A stretch of DNA of 32,000 bases from Candidatus Nanosynbacter sp. BB002. GTDB lineage: Bacteria; Patescibacteriota; Saccharimonadia; Saccharimonadales; Saccharimonadaceae. The stretch lies in NCBI RefSeq assembly GCF_037013405.1, contig NZ_CP146064.1, positions 1 through 32,000 of the forward strand. Reading direction: 5' to 3'. Positions 24,282 through 31,596 of the stretch are shown here, one piece after another. How positions within the stretch are numbered: position 1 is the stretch's first letter; every line of letters starts with the position of its first letter. Position numbers and translations under genes: made by a program. The notes beneath the pieces are model-generated. The model was not told the DNA's origin. It saw nothing but the letters and a program-made list of their open reading frames with translations, and searched no databases.

Positions 24282-24290
24282 TGGTACAAT
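24282..24290 (+). promoter_or_regulatory. Extended -10 (TGgTACAAT) upstream of tRNA-Ser(GCT)
   Basis: Sequence is gtGTGGTACAATataacc, about 27 nt before the tRNA 5' end. Confidence 0.4.
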
Positions 24291-24316
24291 ATAACCAGGT
24301 TTCATGGTCTACATTT

Positions 24317-24409
24317 GGAGGAGTACCCAAGTGGCTGAAGGGGACGGTTTGCTAAATCGTTAGTACGGAGAGATCTGTAGCGGGAGTTCGAATCTCCCCT
24401 CCTCCGCCA
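24317..24409 (+). tRNA. tRNA-Ser (anticodon GCT), long variable arm, CCA encoded
   Basis: Sequence is GGAGGAGTACCCAAGTGGCTGAAGGGGACGGTTTGCTAAATCGTTAGTACGGAGAGATCTGTAGCGGGAGTTCGAATCTCCCCTCCTCCGCCA. Anticodon loop TTGCTAA. Confidence 0.9.
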
Positions 24410-24468
24410 GAAACTGATATGAAATTCTCAACTTACGGGTTGGGAATTTTTATTTGTGAACAGGAGTA

Positions 24469-24477
24469 TGGTATAAT
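24469..24477 (+). promoter_or_regulatory. Extended -10 promoter (TGgTATAAT) for tRNA-Ser(TGA)
   Basis: Sequence is gagtaTGGTATAATgtgaacagatttct, followed by the tRNA 5' end at 24492. Confidence 0.55.
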
Positions 24478-24491
24478 GTGAACAGATTTCT

Positions 24492-24581
24492 GGAAGGGTG
24501 ACCGAGTGGTTGAAGGTACCGGTCTTGAAAACCGGCGTGCGGTAAAACGTACCGAGGGTTCGAATCCCTCCCCTTCCGCCA
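24492..24581 (+). tRNA. tRNA-Ser (anticodon TGA), long variable arm, CCA encoded
   Basis: Sequence is GGAAGGGTGACCGAGTGGTTGAAGGTACCGGTCTTGAAAACCGGCGTGCGGTAAAACGTACCGAGGGTTCGAATCCCTCCCCTTCCGCCA. Anticodon loop CTTGAAA. Confidence 0.92.
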
Positions 24582-24592
24582 GAATGATATAT

Positions 24593-24620
24593 AAACACCT
24601 CAAGTGGGTGTTTTTTATTT
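24593..24620 (+). terminator. Rho-independent terminator after tRNA-Ser(TGA)
   Basis: AAACACCT-CAAGT-GGGTGTTT followed by TTTTATTT. Confidence 0.7.
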
Positions 24621-24640
24621 GCCATCAACGCGAAATATAC

Positions 24641-24669
24641 TTGACATAAAATAAAACTTATGCTAATAT
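24641..24669 (+). promoter_or_regulatory. Near-consensus promoter TTGACA-17 nt-(TGc)TAATAT
   Basis: -35 TTGACA at 24641-24646, and extended -10 TGcTAATAT at 24661-24669. Drives the 118-aa ORF at 24727. Confidence 0.6.
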
Positions 24670-24726
24670 GATAATCAGGTTTAACAGCGCTCAGTGCGCG
24701 GTAATAAAACATAAACAGAGAGATAA

Positions 24727-25083
24727 ATGAATATATTACAACAGATTATTACACAGTTTACCATATTTGTGAGCCTGACTACTGCTTGTGGTGTACTGAT
24801 GCACGACACCCACGTGGATAAGGCGGTGGTATCAGTATTTAGTGCAGTTGATTTTCAGGGGTCGACTGGTGACGACGGCATGAAAACGACGAGGATTGGC
24901 TCGTCGGCCCATACACACCCGGAACACACATCACTGAGTAGCATCATTCATGATGGATCAGCAAACCCACGTTCGACGCCACGAAATGATGACCGAAAAT
25001 ACATGAAAGTCAAGCGTGCCCAGGGTAATGGCGGCCCTGAGTTTGATGGGCAACGCTTGTGTATCGGTAAGATTTGTTTTTAG
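24727..25083 (+). CDS. Small hypothetical protein with a hydrophobic N-terminus, His/Asp-rich, C-terminal CIGKICF
   Basis: 118-aa ORF behind a near-consensus promoter, with a weak SD (GAGAGA). N-terminal IITQFTIFVSLTTACGVLM may be a signal or anchor. Overlaps the valS stop by 4 nt. I do not recognise any family. Confidence 0.45.
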   Translation: MNILQQIITQFTIFVSLTTACGVLMHDTHVDKAVVSVFSAVDFQGSTGDDGMKTTRIGSSAHTHPEHTSLSSIIHDGSANPRSTPRNDDRKYMKVKRAQGNGGPEFDGQRLCIGKICF

Positions 25084-27635
25084 TTAAACTTGATGACTTC
25101 CAACTCGGTGATGAGTCGTTGGATGAGCGCTTGCTGCTCTGTAATGTGCTGGCGAGTTTCCTCCACTAAGTGGGCTGGCGCTTTTTCAGCGTAGGATGGA
25201 TTGTTGATACGTGCTTCAAGCCCCTCGAGGCGTTTTCTAGCGTCTGCGAGGCGCATTTCTAGCTCAGTTTGGTGCTGGTAGAGCGTTTCATCATCGATAT
25301 CCAGCCACACCTCCCTGTTCGCTGCGGCTAGCCTGAGGCCACGTGGTTGATCAGTGTGTTCAATTGAGGCAAGGCGCATAAGGTGCTTGATAGTGTCGGC
25401 GTTTTCTTTGACCAAGCTGTCGTTGCCGTACAATAAGCGGTATTTTTTATTGCCCGGTAATTCTGTGATCACCCAGCGACCTTCGGAGACTAATTCTTTG
25501 ATTCGTTCAAATTGTTCAGCCTCAATTTCGTCGTATTGTTCAGGTGTTGGCCAAGAGTCGCGCATCAGGATGCCGTCGGTATAGTTGAGCGTCTGCCAAA
25601 TTGTCTCAGTGACGAATGGTGCGAATGGATGAGTAATCCTCAGGCTGGTTGCCAGCACCCACGACAATAATGGGCGGTTGATGGCGGTTTTTGATGATTC
25701 GATATACCAATCGGCGACGTCGTCCCAGATGGCGTGGTAGACCGTTTCGGCGGCCTCAGAAAAGCGGTATTGTTCCAAGCGAACGGCGATGTTGTTGGCG
25801 GCGTCATTCAGCTGGCGAATAATCCAATGATCAGCTGGGGTTTGCGGCTGTAGTGGTACGATGACGTGATTGTCGCCAATTTGTGCTTCAACAAAGCGAG
25901 CGATGTTCCACAGCTTGTTGCAAAAGTTGCGAGCAGCGATGACCGCACCTCTGTTGAAGGCTTGATGTTGGGCTGGTGCGCGGCCGGCGATGATACCCAT
26001 ACGGGTGGCGTCTGAGCCAAATTCTGAGACTAGTTCCATCGGATTGATGACATTACCCTTGGATTTGGACATTTTTTGATTATGCTCGTCGTTGACCATA
26101 CCGTGCAGATAAACGTCCTTGAATGGTAGTTTGCCGGTGCGGTACAGGCTGAGCATAATCATGCGTGATACCCATGCTCGCATGATATCCATACCGGTCT
26201 CCATCAAGCTGGTTGGGAAGTATTTGGCTAGTTCCCCGCCATTGAGGTAATCGGTGACGATGTATGGCCACTGCCCAGATGAAAACCAGGTATCAAAGGT
26301 ATCTTCTTCTCTGATATATGTTGTTCCATTTACAACAATACGCTTTTCGGTCACTCGGGTGTCGAAGATCCAGTCGTTTGAGTCGGTCTCATTGACAAAC
26401 GCTGGGATTGGGATGCCCCATGGGATTTGTCGAGAGATATTCCAATCCTTAAGTTGCTCCAGGTAGGCGATGAGCTCTTTGCGCTTTGAGGCTGGATGGA
26501 AGGTAATCTCCCCCTTCTCTAGCGCCTCGATGGCTGGCTTGGCTAGTGGTTGCATCTTGATGAACCACTGCTCTTTCACCATTGGTTCGATGACGGTGCC
26601 ACATTTGTAACAATGACCGACAGCGTGTTCAATGTCTGACTCACCGCGACGTAGCTCCATGGCTTCTAGGGCTGCTAGAATGCGGCGTCTTGCTTCTTGC
26701 GGATCCAGGCCTAAGAATTGTGGCGGCACATTGATTAATTTGCCATCATGACTGATGATGCTTTTGACTGGTAGACCATGGCGTTCTGCCATCTCAAAGT
26801 CGTTTGGATCATGCGCTGGAGTTATTTTGACGGCTCCGGTACCGTAACTCATGTCAACGTATTCGTCGGCGATGATGGGGATTTCGCGGTCGATGATTGG
26901 CAGGAGAATACGGGTGCCAATGAGCTTTTTGTAGCGCTCGTCATCAGGGTGAACAGCTACCGCTACGTCACCAAGCATGGTCTCAGGACGGGTGGTGGCA
27001 ACTACGATTTCACCAATTTTGTCCAGGGTTGGGTAAGCTATTTTCCATAACGTCCCCTTCTCTGTTTTGTGCTCGACTTCGATGTCAGCAAAACTGGTTT
27101 GATGAGCAGTACAGTAGTTAACGATTCGTTCGCCGCGGTAGATCAGATCATCTTCCCACATCTGTTTGAAGGTATCGTACACCGTCTGTATCACCTTGTC
27201 GTCTAGAGTGAATGTAAGGTGCTTCCAGGAGGCGCTAGTGCCCAAGGCGCGTAGCTGTAATTCCATATTGCCACGCTTTTCTTGGACAAAGTTCCATACT
27301 TGGCTGTACAATTGTTCTCGCGAAAAATCAAAGCGACTTTTACCCTGCTTTGCTAGCTCTTTTTCGTAGACTACCCATGTTTCAAAGCCAGCATGGTCGG
27401 CACCGGGGATAAACACTGCATCATCGCCCTTGAGCCTATGATAGCGAATCAAGATATCCTTCAGATTCATATCAAGCGCGTGTCCGATATGTAGGTTGCC
27501 GTTGGCGTTTGGTGGTGGCATGACGATACTGTACGGCTTACCTTCACCTGTGGGCGCAAAAGAATTACTCGTCTCCCACAGGGCATAGATATCTGGTTCG
27601 TAGTCATTTGGAATGTATTGTTTGGCTAATTGCAT
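25080..27635 (-). CDS. valS: Valine--tRNA ligase
   Basis: 851 aa. Class I HIGH (PNANGNLHIGHAL) and KMSKS (KMSKSKGN) motifs, ValRS-type editing and anticodon-binding regions, C-terminal coiled coil. Confidence 0.96.
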   Translation of the reverse strand: MQLAKQYIPNDYEPDIYALWETSNSFAPTGEGKPYSIVMPPPNANGNLHIGHALDMNLKDILIRYHRLKGDDAVFIPGADHAGFETWVVYEKELAKQGKSRFDFSREQLYSQVWNFVQEKRGNMELQLRALGTSASWKHLTFTLDDKVIQTVYDTFKQMWEDDLIYRGERIVNYCTAHQTSFADIEVEHKTEKGTLWKIAYPTLDKIGEIVVATTRPETMLGDVAVAVHPDDERYKKLIGTRILLPIIDREIPIIADEYVDMSYGTGAVKITPAHDPNDFEMAERHGLPVKSIISHDGKLINVPPQFLGLDPQEARRRILAALEAMELRRGESDIEHAVGHCYKCGTVIEPMVKEQWFIKMQPLAKPAIEALEKGEITFHPASKRKELIAYLEQLKDWNISRQIPWGIPIPAFVNETDSNDWIFDTRVTEKRIVVNGTTYIREEDTFDTWFSSGQWPYIVTDYLNGGELAKYFPTSLMETGMDIMRAWVSRMIMLSLYRTGKLPFKDVYLHGMVNDEHNQKMSKSKGNVINPMELVSEFGSDATRMGIIAGRAPAQHQAFNRGAVIAARNFCNKLWNIARFVEAQIGDNHVIVPLQPQTPADHWIIRQLNDAANNIAVRLEQYRFSEAAETVYHAIWDDVADWYIESSKTAINRPLLSWVLATSLRITHPFAPFVTETIWQTLNYTDGILMRDSWPTPEQYDEIEAEQFERIKELVSEGRWVITELPGNKKYRLLYGNDSLVKENADTIKHLMRLASIEHTDQPRGLRLAAANREVWLDIDDETLYQHQTELEMRLADARKRLEGLEARINNPSYAEKAPAHLVEETRQHITEQQALIQRLITELEVIKFN

Positions 27636-27657
27636 ATGATCTGATTCCTATATATTT

Positions 27658-27742
27658 CACGGGAAAAATAACACACACAAACCATCGAGTACTTTTCACA
27701 CGAAAAAGTACCCAAACGAGTTTATGTGTGTATTCTCCCGTG
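27658..27742 (-). promoter_or_regulatory. Long imperfect hairpin (~85 nt) in the valS 5' leader
   Basis: Minus-strand outer stem CACGGGAGAAUACACACAUAAAC pairs with GUUUGUGUGUGUUAUUUUUCCCGUG (about 23 bp with two bulges). It encloses inner hairpin GUACUUUUUC-GUGU-GAAAAGUAC. No U-tract follows. SD AGGA and the ATG lie about 20 nt downstream. Confidence 0.5.
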
Positions 27743-27757
27743 TTTATTTCTGGTTAT

Positions 27758-27766
27758 AGTATACCA
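27758..27766 (-). promoter_or_regulatory. Extended -10 (TGgTATACT) promoter for valS, giving a ~115-nt leader
   Basis: Minus-strand sequence is ctaTGGTATACTataacc, located 26 nt after the tsaD stop. Confidence 0.5.
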
Positions 27767-27792
27767 TAGAACTGGGATTTTGGCGTCATGGC

Positions 27793-28866
27793 TTACGCCG
27801 CGTCGAGCATGGATAGACTTGGTTGAACTTCAAAGTCATATGGGTCAGCAGGTGAGTCGAATTGGGTGCGGAAATAGCCGAGTGTGGCAATCATGGCGGC
27901 ATTGTCGGTGCAGAGCTGGATGGGCGCGTATTCAATGTTGATGGGCAGGGCGTGGCGCAGTTGGCGACGTAGTTCTTGGTTGGCAGCGACGCCACCAGCA
28001 ATAACGACAGAAGCAGGCTGAAAATTGTCATAGGCTTTCTTGGTTTTATCAACCAAAGTTTTGATGGCGGTGTACTGGAAGCTGGCAGCCATGTTGTGTT
28101 GTAATTCGTCGGTCACCAGGGCAGGGAGCTCGTGTGATGGGAAGGTAAAGTCTTTACCAACTTCCCGCTGTACGGTTCTCAGAACGGCTGTTTTGAGGCC
28201 AGAAAAGGAGAAGTTATACTCACCAGCGAGTTTGGCGATGGGTAGATGAAAGGTCTGCGGATCACCGAGCTCAGCTGCTTTGGCGATAGCCGGGCCACCA
28301 GGGTAGGGCAGGCCGATAATCTTGGCAACCTTATCAAATGCTTCACCAACAGCGTCATCTTGAGTTTGGCCAATGAGCTGGTAGTCACCGTGGTTTTGGA
28401 AAAGGACGAGTTGTGAGTGTCCACCGGAGACGATGAGGGCGAGGAGAGGGAAGACGGGTTGGCTTTTTGGCAGAGTTAAAGATAAATTGTCAGACTGCTG
28501 ATTGATGAAATTAGCATACACGTGAGCCTCTACATGATGTATTTTGTACAACGGTTTGTGATGGATAATAGCGAGAGTGCGGGCGGCGAGAGTACCGATG
28601 AGTAGCGAGCCGATGAGGCCGGGCGCGTAGGTGACGGCGATGGCGTCGATATCGTCCCAAGTACAGGCAGCATCAGACAGAGCTTTGTTGATGACTGGGC
28701 TGATGACTTCCAGGTGTGAACGAGCGGCTACCTCTGGTACTACTCCACCATACGCAGCATGGATGTCGATTTGTGAGTTAACGACGTTTGATAGTAGCAT
28801 GTGACCGTCTTCAATGACGGCAGCAGCTGTTTCATCACAGCTTGATTCAATTCCCAAAATCCTCAT
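27793..28866 (-). CDS. tsaD: tRNA N6-adenosine threonylcarbamoyltransferase TsaD (Kae1/Qri7 family)
   Basis: Real start is MRILGIESSCDETAAAV at 28866. The ORF extension to 29004 overlaps murE and is not family-like. Metal-binding HHVEAH and GGVAAN motifs. Confidence 0.93.
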   Translation of the reverse strand: MRILGIESSCDETAAAVIEDGHMLLSNVVNSQIDIHAAYGGVVPEVAARSHLEVISPVINKALSDAACTWDDIDAIAVTYAPGLIGSLLIGTLAARTLAIIHHKPLYKIHHVEAHVYANFINQQSDNLSLTLPKSQPVFPLLALIVSGGHSQLVLFQNHGDYQLIGQTQDDAVGEAFDKVAKIIGLPYPGGPAIAKAAELGDPQTFHLPIAKLAGEYNFSFSGLKTAVLRTVQREVGKDFTFPSHELPALVTDELQHNMAASFQYTAIKTLVDKTKKAYDNFQPASVVIAGGVAANQELRRQLRHALPINIEYAPIQLCTDNAAMIATLGYFRTQFDSPADPYDFEVQPSLSMLDAA

Positions 28867-28877
28867 AACTATGGCAT

Positions 28878-28886
28878 AGTATATCA
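28878..28886 (-). promoter_or_regulatory. Extended -10 (TGaTATACT) 11 nt upstream of the tsaD ATG
   Basis: Minus-strand sequence is TGATATACT-ATGCCATAGTT-ATG, with no SD. Confidence 0.4.
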
Positions 28887-28932
28887 CATAGTCGCCTCTG
28901 TTGTCTGGAAGTGTGAATCGGCGCGCAAAAAA

Positions 28933-28941
28933 TGTTATCAT
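28933..28941 (+). promoter_or_regulatory. Extended -10 (TGtTATCAT) 6 nt upstream of the murE ATG (leaderless-type)
   Basis: Sequence is aaaaaaTGTTATCAT-ggatat-ATG, with no SD. Confidence 0.45.
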
Positions 28942-28947
28942 GGATAT

Positions 28948-30246
28948 ATGAAACAGATTCTTGTCAAAGCAGCCAGAAGTATTTTGCCCGCCAGTGCTTT
29001 GCATGGTGTGGAAAATGGATATCGCCGAGTCAGAGTACGACTATTGAGCGCGCGGTATGGCAACCCGTCAAAAAATTTGCGAGTTATCGCAGTAACTGGC
29101 ACTAATGGAAAGACAACGACCGCCTGCTACATCAATGAGATCTTGAAGGAAGCTAAATTTAAGACAGCGATGTTCACGACAGCGTTGATCGAGGTGGCAG
29201 GGAAGGCTCAAGTCAATGATTTGAATGCAACAGTGGCTTCGACTGGCAGGATGCAGCAGTTCTTTCGTGATGCAAAAAAGGCCGATGTGGACTATGTCGT
29301 GTTGGAAATCACGTCGCACGCGCTTGATCAGCATAAACTTGACGGAGTGCCGATTGAGGCAGCGGTGATGACCAATTTGACACAGGACCATTTGGACTAT
29401 CACAAGACCATGGAGAATTATGCAGCGGCTAAGAGTAAGTTGTTTGCGCTGGAACCGCGATATATCATTTTGAACCGTGATGATGAATGGTATGACTATT
29501 TTGATCAATTTGTTGCCGGTGAACAAAAAATGACCTACGGTAAACATCCGGAAGCAGAGGCACAGATTCAGCGAGTCAAGCTGTACCGCAAGGGTACTGA
29601 AGCTGATGTGGTTTTGGATCACCAAACGCATTTGGAGCTGGCGACAGCGCTGCCGGGCGAGTTTAATGTGCACAACATGACGGCGGCGGTGACGTTAGCG
29701 TATTTGTTGGGTGTGAAATTACAAGATATCCAAGAAGGTGTGGCTAACGTCGAGGCGGTTCCTGGTAGGTTTGAGCGAGCGGTCGAGGGTGTTGGGTATG
29801 ATGTAATCGTGGACTATGCACACACCCCTGATGCATTGGATAAATTATTAACGGCCGCTCGTAAGATCGCAAAGGGTCGAGTGATTTTGGTGTTTGGGGC
29901 TTGTGGGGATCGCGACAAGAGTAAACGACCAACCATGGGCGAAATTGCTGCCAAAAACACCGACAGGATATTCCTAACCGACGAGGAAAGCTACAATGAA
30001 GATCCTGATCAAATCAGGCGAATGATCTATGAAGGAATTGAACGGGCGCACGGTGACGCCAAGACAACAGAAATTCCTGACCGACGACAGGCGATTGAGC
30101 GAGCACTTGGCTCTGCGCAAAAGGGTGATATGGTGCTGATCACTGGGATGGGGCACGAAAAATACCGAATTGTGAATGGGCAGCGACTACCATGGAATGA
30201 TAGTCAGGTAGTGCGCGAGATTTTAGGGCAGGAAAAAGCAGAATAA
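28948..30246 (+). CDS. murE: MurE-type Mur ligase (UDP-MurNAc-L-Ala-D-Glu : diamino acid ligase), N-terminally short
   Basis: 432 aa. P-loop VTGTNGKTTT already at residues ~50-57. DYAHTPDAL and FGACGDRDKSKRP motifs. The position of the DAP-specificity motif DNPR reads DEES. Confidence 0.85.
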   Translation: MKQILVKAARSILPASALHGVENGYRRVRVRLLSARYGNPSKNLRVIAVTGTNGKTTTACYINEILKEAKFKTAMFTTALIEVAGKAQVNDLNATVASTGRMQQFFRDAKKADVDYVVLEITSHALDQHKLDGVPIEAAVMTNLTQDHLDYHKTMENYAAAKSKLFALEPRYIILNRDDEWYDYFDQFVAGEQKMTYGKHPEAEAQIQRVKLYRKGTEADVVLDHQTHLELATALPGEFNVHNMTAAVTLAYLLGVKLQDIQEGVANVEAVPGRFERAVEGVGYDVIVDYAHTPDALDKLLTAARKIAKGRVILVFGACGDRDKSKRPTMGEIAAKNTDRIFLTDEESYNEDPDQIRRMIYEGIERAHGDAKTTEIPDRRQAIERALGSAQKGDMVLITGMGHEKYRIVNGQRLPWNDSQVVREILGQEKAE

Positions 30247-31536
30247 CTAACTCAATGACTTGCCGAAAAAAGCTTGTTTTTTGTTAAGCCATTCTTTGGA
30301 TTGGCGGACAAGTTTTTCGGTATCTTTCGAACTTTTGAGGAGTGGTTTGATAGCTTCTTCGAGGTAGACACCACCTTGAGATCCTTTGAATAGTAAGACG
30401 GTATCTTGATGAGCCAGGGATTGTAATAATTCTACAGCATCGATGGCTGTATCAAACGATGTAACAGTACAACCGTTGTCTTGGGCGGCTGGCGCCAAGA
30501 ACGTAGCTGCATTGGATCCGATAGTGATAACGTGCGATAGTTGCGCTGGGTCGCATAGGGTACCGAGTGCACGGTGTTCAGACGCTGTTGTGTCACCAAG
30601 CTCGTTCATATCTCCCAAGACGGCGATTTTGGCTTTACCAGGCAGCTGATAGAGTGTTTCGAGGGCTGATTTGGCAGCGAGCGGGCTGGAATTGTACGAA
30701 TCATCGATGATCGTTGAGTTATTAATGCCGCTTAGGAGGTTCATTCGCCCCGACACGGGAGTGAAGTTCTCTAGAGCGGTGATGACACTTTCAACATCAA
30801 GGTTGAACTCCAACGCAACAGCGGCGGCTCCAGCAGCAATGCGTAGCTGATGTTTGGCAACAACAGGCATGATAAACTCACGAGAGGTTTGTTCGCCGTG
30901 GGTGAGAGTACAGGTGTATCCTTGGCTGTGATTGAACTGATGAGCGGTGATGTAATAGTCAGCATCTGGCTCAGTACTGTAAGAAAGATTGCGTTCAGAA
31001 TTGGCAAAAGCGATGAATCCAGAGTTGATATCATCACGGTTATACAGGGTAACGATGCTGTGGCTAGATAGGGCAAATTCTTCTTGGGCTACTGTTTTGA
31101 GATTGCCGAAAAACTCCATGTGCTCAGGAGATATGGCTGTGACGACGAGAATATCAGGGTGAGCGTAGCGACCAAAGGCGGTCATTTCACCGGGGTGGTC
31201 GATGCCAAATTCTTGAACGATGACGTTGATGTCGTGAAGTTGGCGAGCTGAGCGATAGGCGCGGTAGATGGTTGATAGCCAATCAGTGATGGATCGAGGA
31301 TTTTTCGGGCCATCAATACCAAGCATCTCCAGGGGTGCACTAAATTCAGCATTGAAATTACCCCTGTTGGTTCGAACTTTTTTGTTGTGTTTGAGAACGT
31401 CGACGATGGTTGATTTGGTGGTTGTCTTGCCGACGCTTCCGACAACGGCGACCAGGCGAATGTGTGGATTATTGTGGAAAAATTTACGCATAATTCGCAC
31501 CAATAGACACGAGATGAGAGATTTGAATAGCTTCAT
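30247..31536 (-). CDS. murF: MurF-type Mur ligase (UDP-MurNAc-tripeptide--D-Ala-D-Ala ligase), N-terminally short
   Basis: 429 aa. P-loop VVGSVGKTTTK at residues ~32-42. DDSYNSSP, VLGDMNELG and FKGSQG motifs. Its stop abuts the murE stop with 0-nt spacing. Confidence 0.85.
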   Translation of the reverse strand: MKLFKSLISCLLVRIMRKFFHNNPHIRLVAVVGSVGKTTTKSTIVDVLKHNKKVRTNRGNFNAEFSAPLEMLGIDGPKNPRSITDWLSTIYRAYRSARQLHDINVIVQEFGIDHPGEMTAFGRYAHPDILVVTAISPEHMEFFGNLKTVAQEEFALSSHSIVTLYNRDDINSGFIAFANSERNLSYSTEPDADYYITAHQFNHSQGYTCTLTHGEQTSREFIMPVVAKHQLRIAAGAAAVALEFNLDVESVITALENFTPVSGRMNLLSGINNSTIIDDSYNSSPLAAKSALETLYQLPGKAKIAVLGDMNELGDTTASEHRALGTLCDPAQLSHVITIGSNAATFLAPAAQDNGCTVTSFDTAIDAVELLQSLAHQDTVLLFKGSQGGVYLEEAIKPLLKSSKDTEKLVRQSKEWLNKKQAFFGKSLS

Positions 31537-31542
31537 ATAGGT

Positions 31543-31551
31543 ATTATAACA
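31543..31551 (-). promoter_or_regulatory. Extended -10 (TGtTATAAT) 6 nt upstream of the murF ATG (leaderless-type)
   Basis: Minus-strand sequence is TTGTTATAAT-ACCTAT-ATG, with no SD. Confidence 0.5.
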
Positions 31552-31596
31552 ATATCAAGGCGGGAGGGCTATTTTTAGGGAAGGGTATTGAGTGAA

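Noticed and set aside
2710-24409. Integrative conjugative element or genomic island inserted at a tRNA.
   Set aside because: There is no integrase, relaxase, coupling protein, transposase or direct repeat of a tRNA 3' end in the window. By eye, composition and codon style match the flanking housekeeping genes. A full-genome check is still needed.
24410-24450. Terminator after tRNA-Ser(GCT) (CAAC-ttacgg-GTTG followed by a T-rich run).
   Set aside because: The stem is only 4 bp, which is too weak to call.
24428-24712. 94-aa minus-strand ORF.
   Set aside because: It is antisense to tRNA-Ser(TGA), its terminator and the near-consensus plus-strand promoter. The GGRGGIRTLGTF peptide is a tRNA-derived artefact.
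27636-27792. T-box riboswitch upstream of valS.
   Set aside because: There is no T-box consensus sequence, specifier loop or terminator/antiterminator pair followed by a U-tract. It is kept only as an uncharacterised structured leader.
28867-29004. 46-aa N-terminal extension of the tsaD ORF.
   Set aside because: The TsaD family begins at MRILGIESSCDET. The extension overlaps the murE start and the divergent promoter region.
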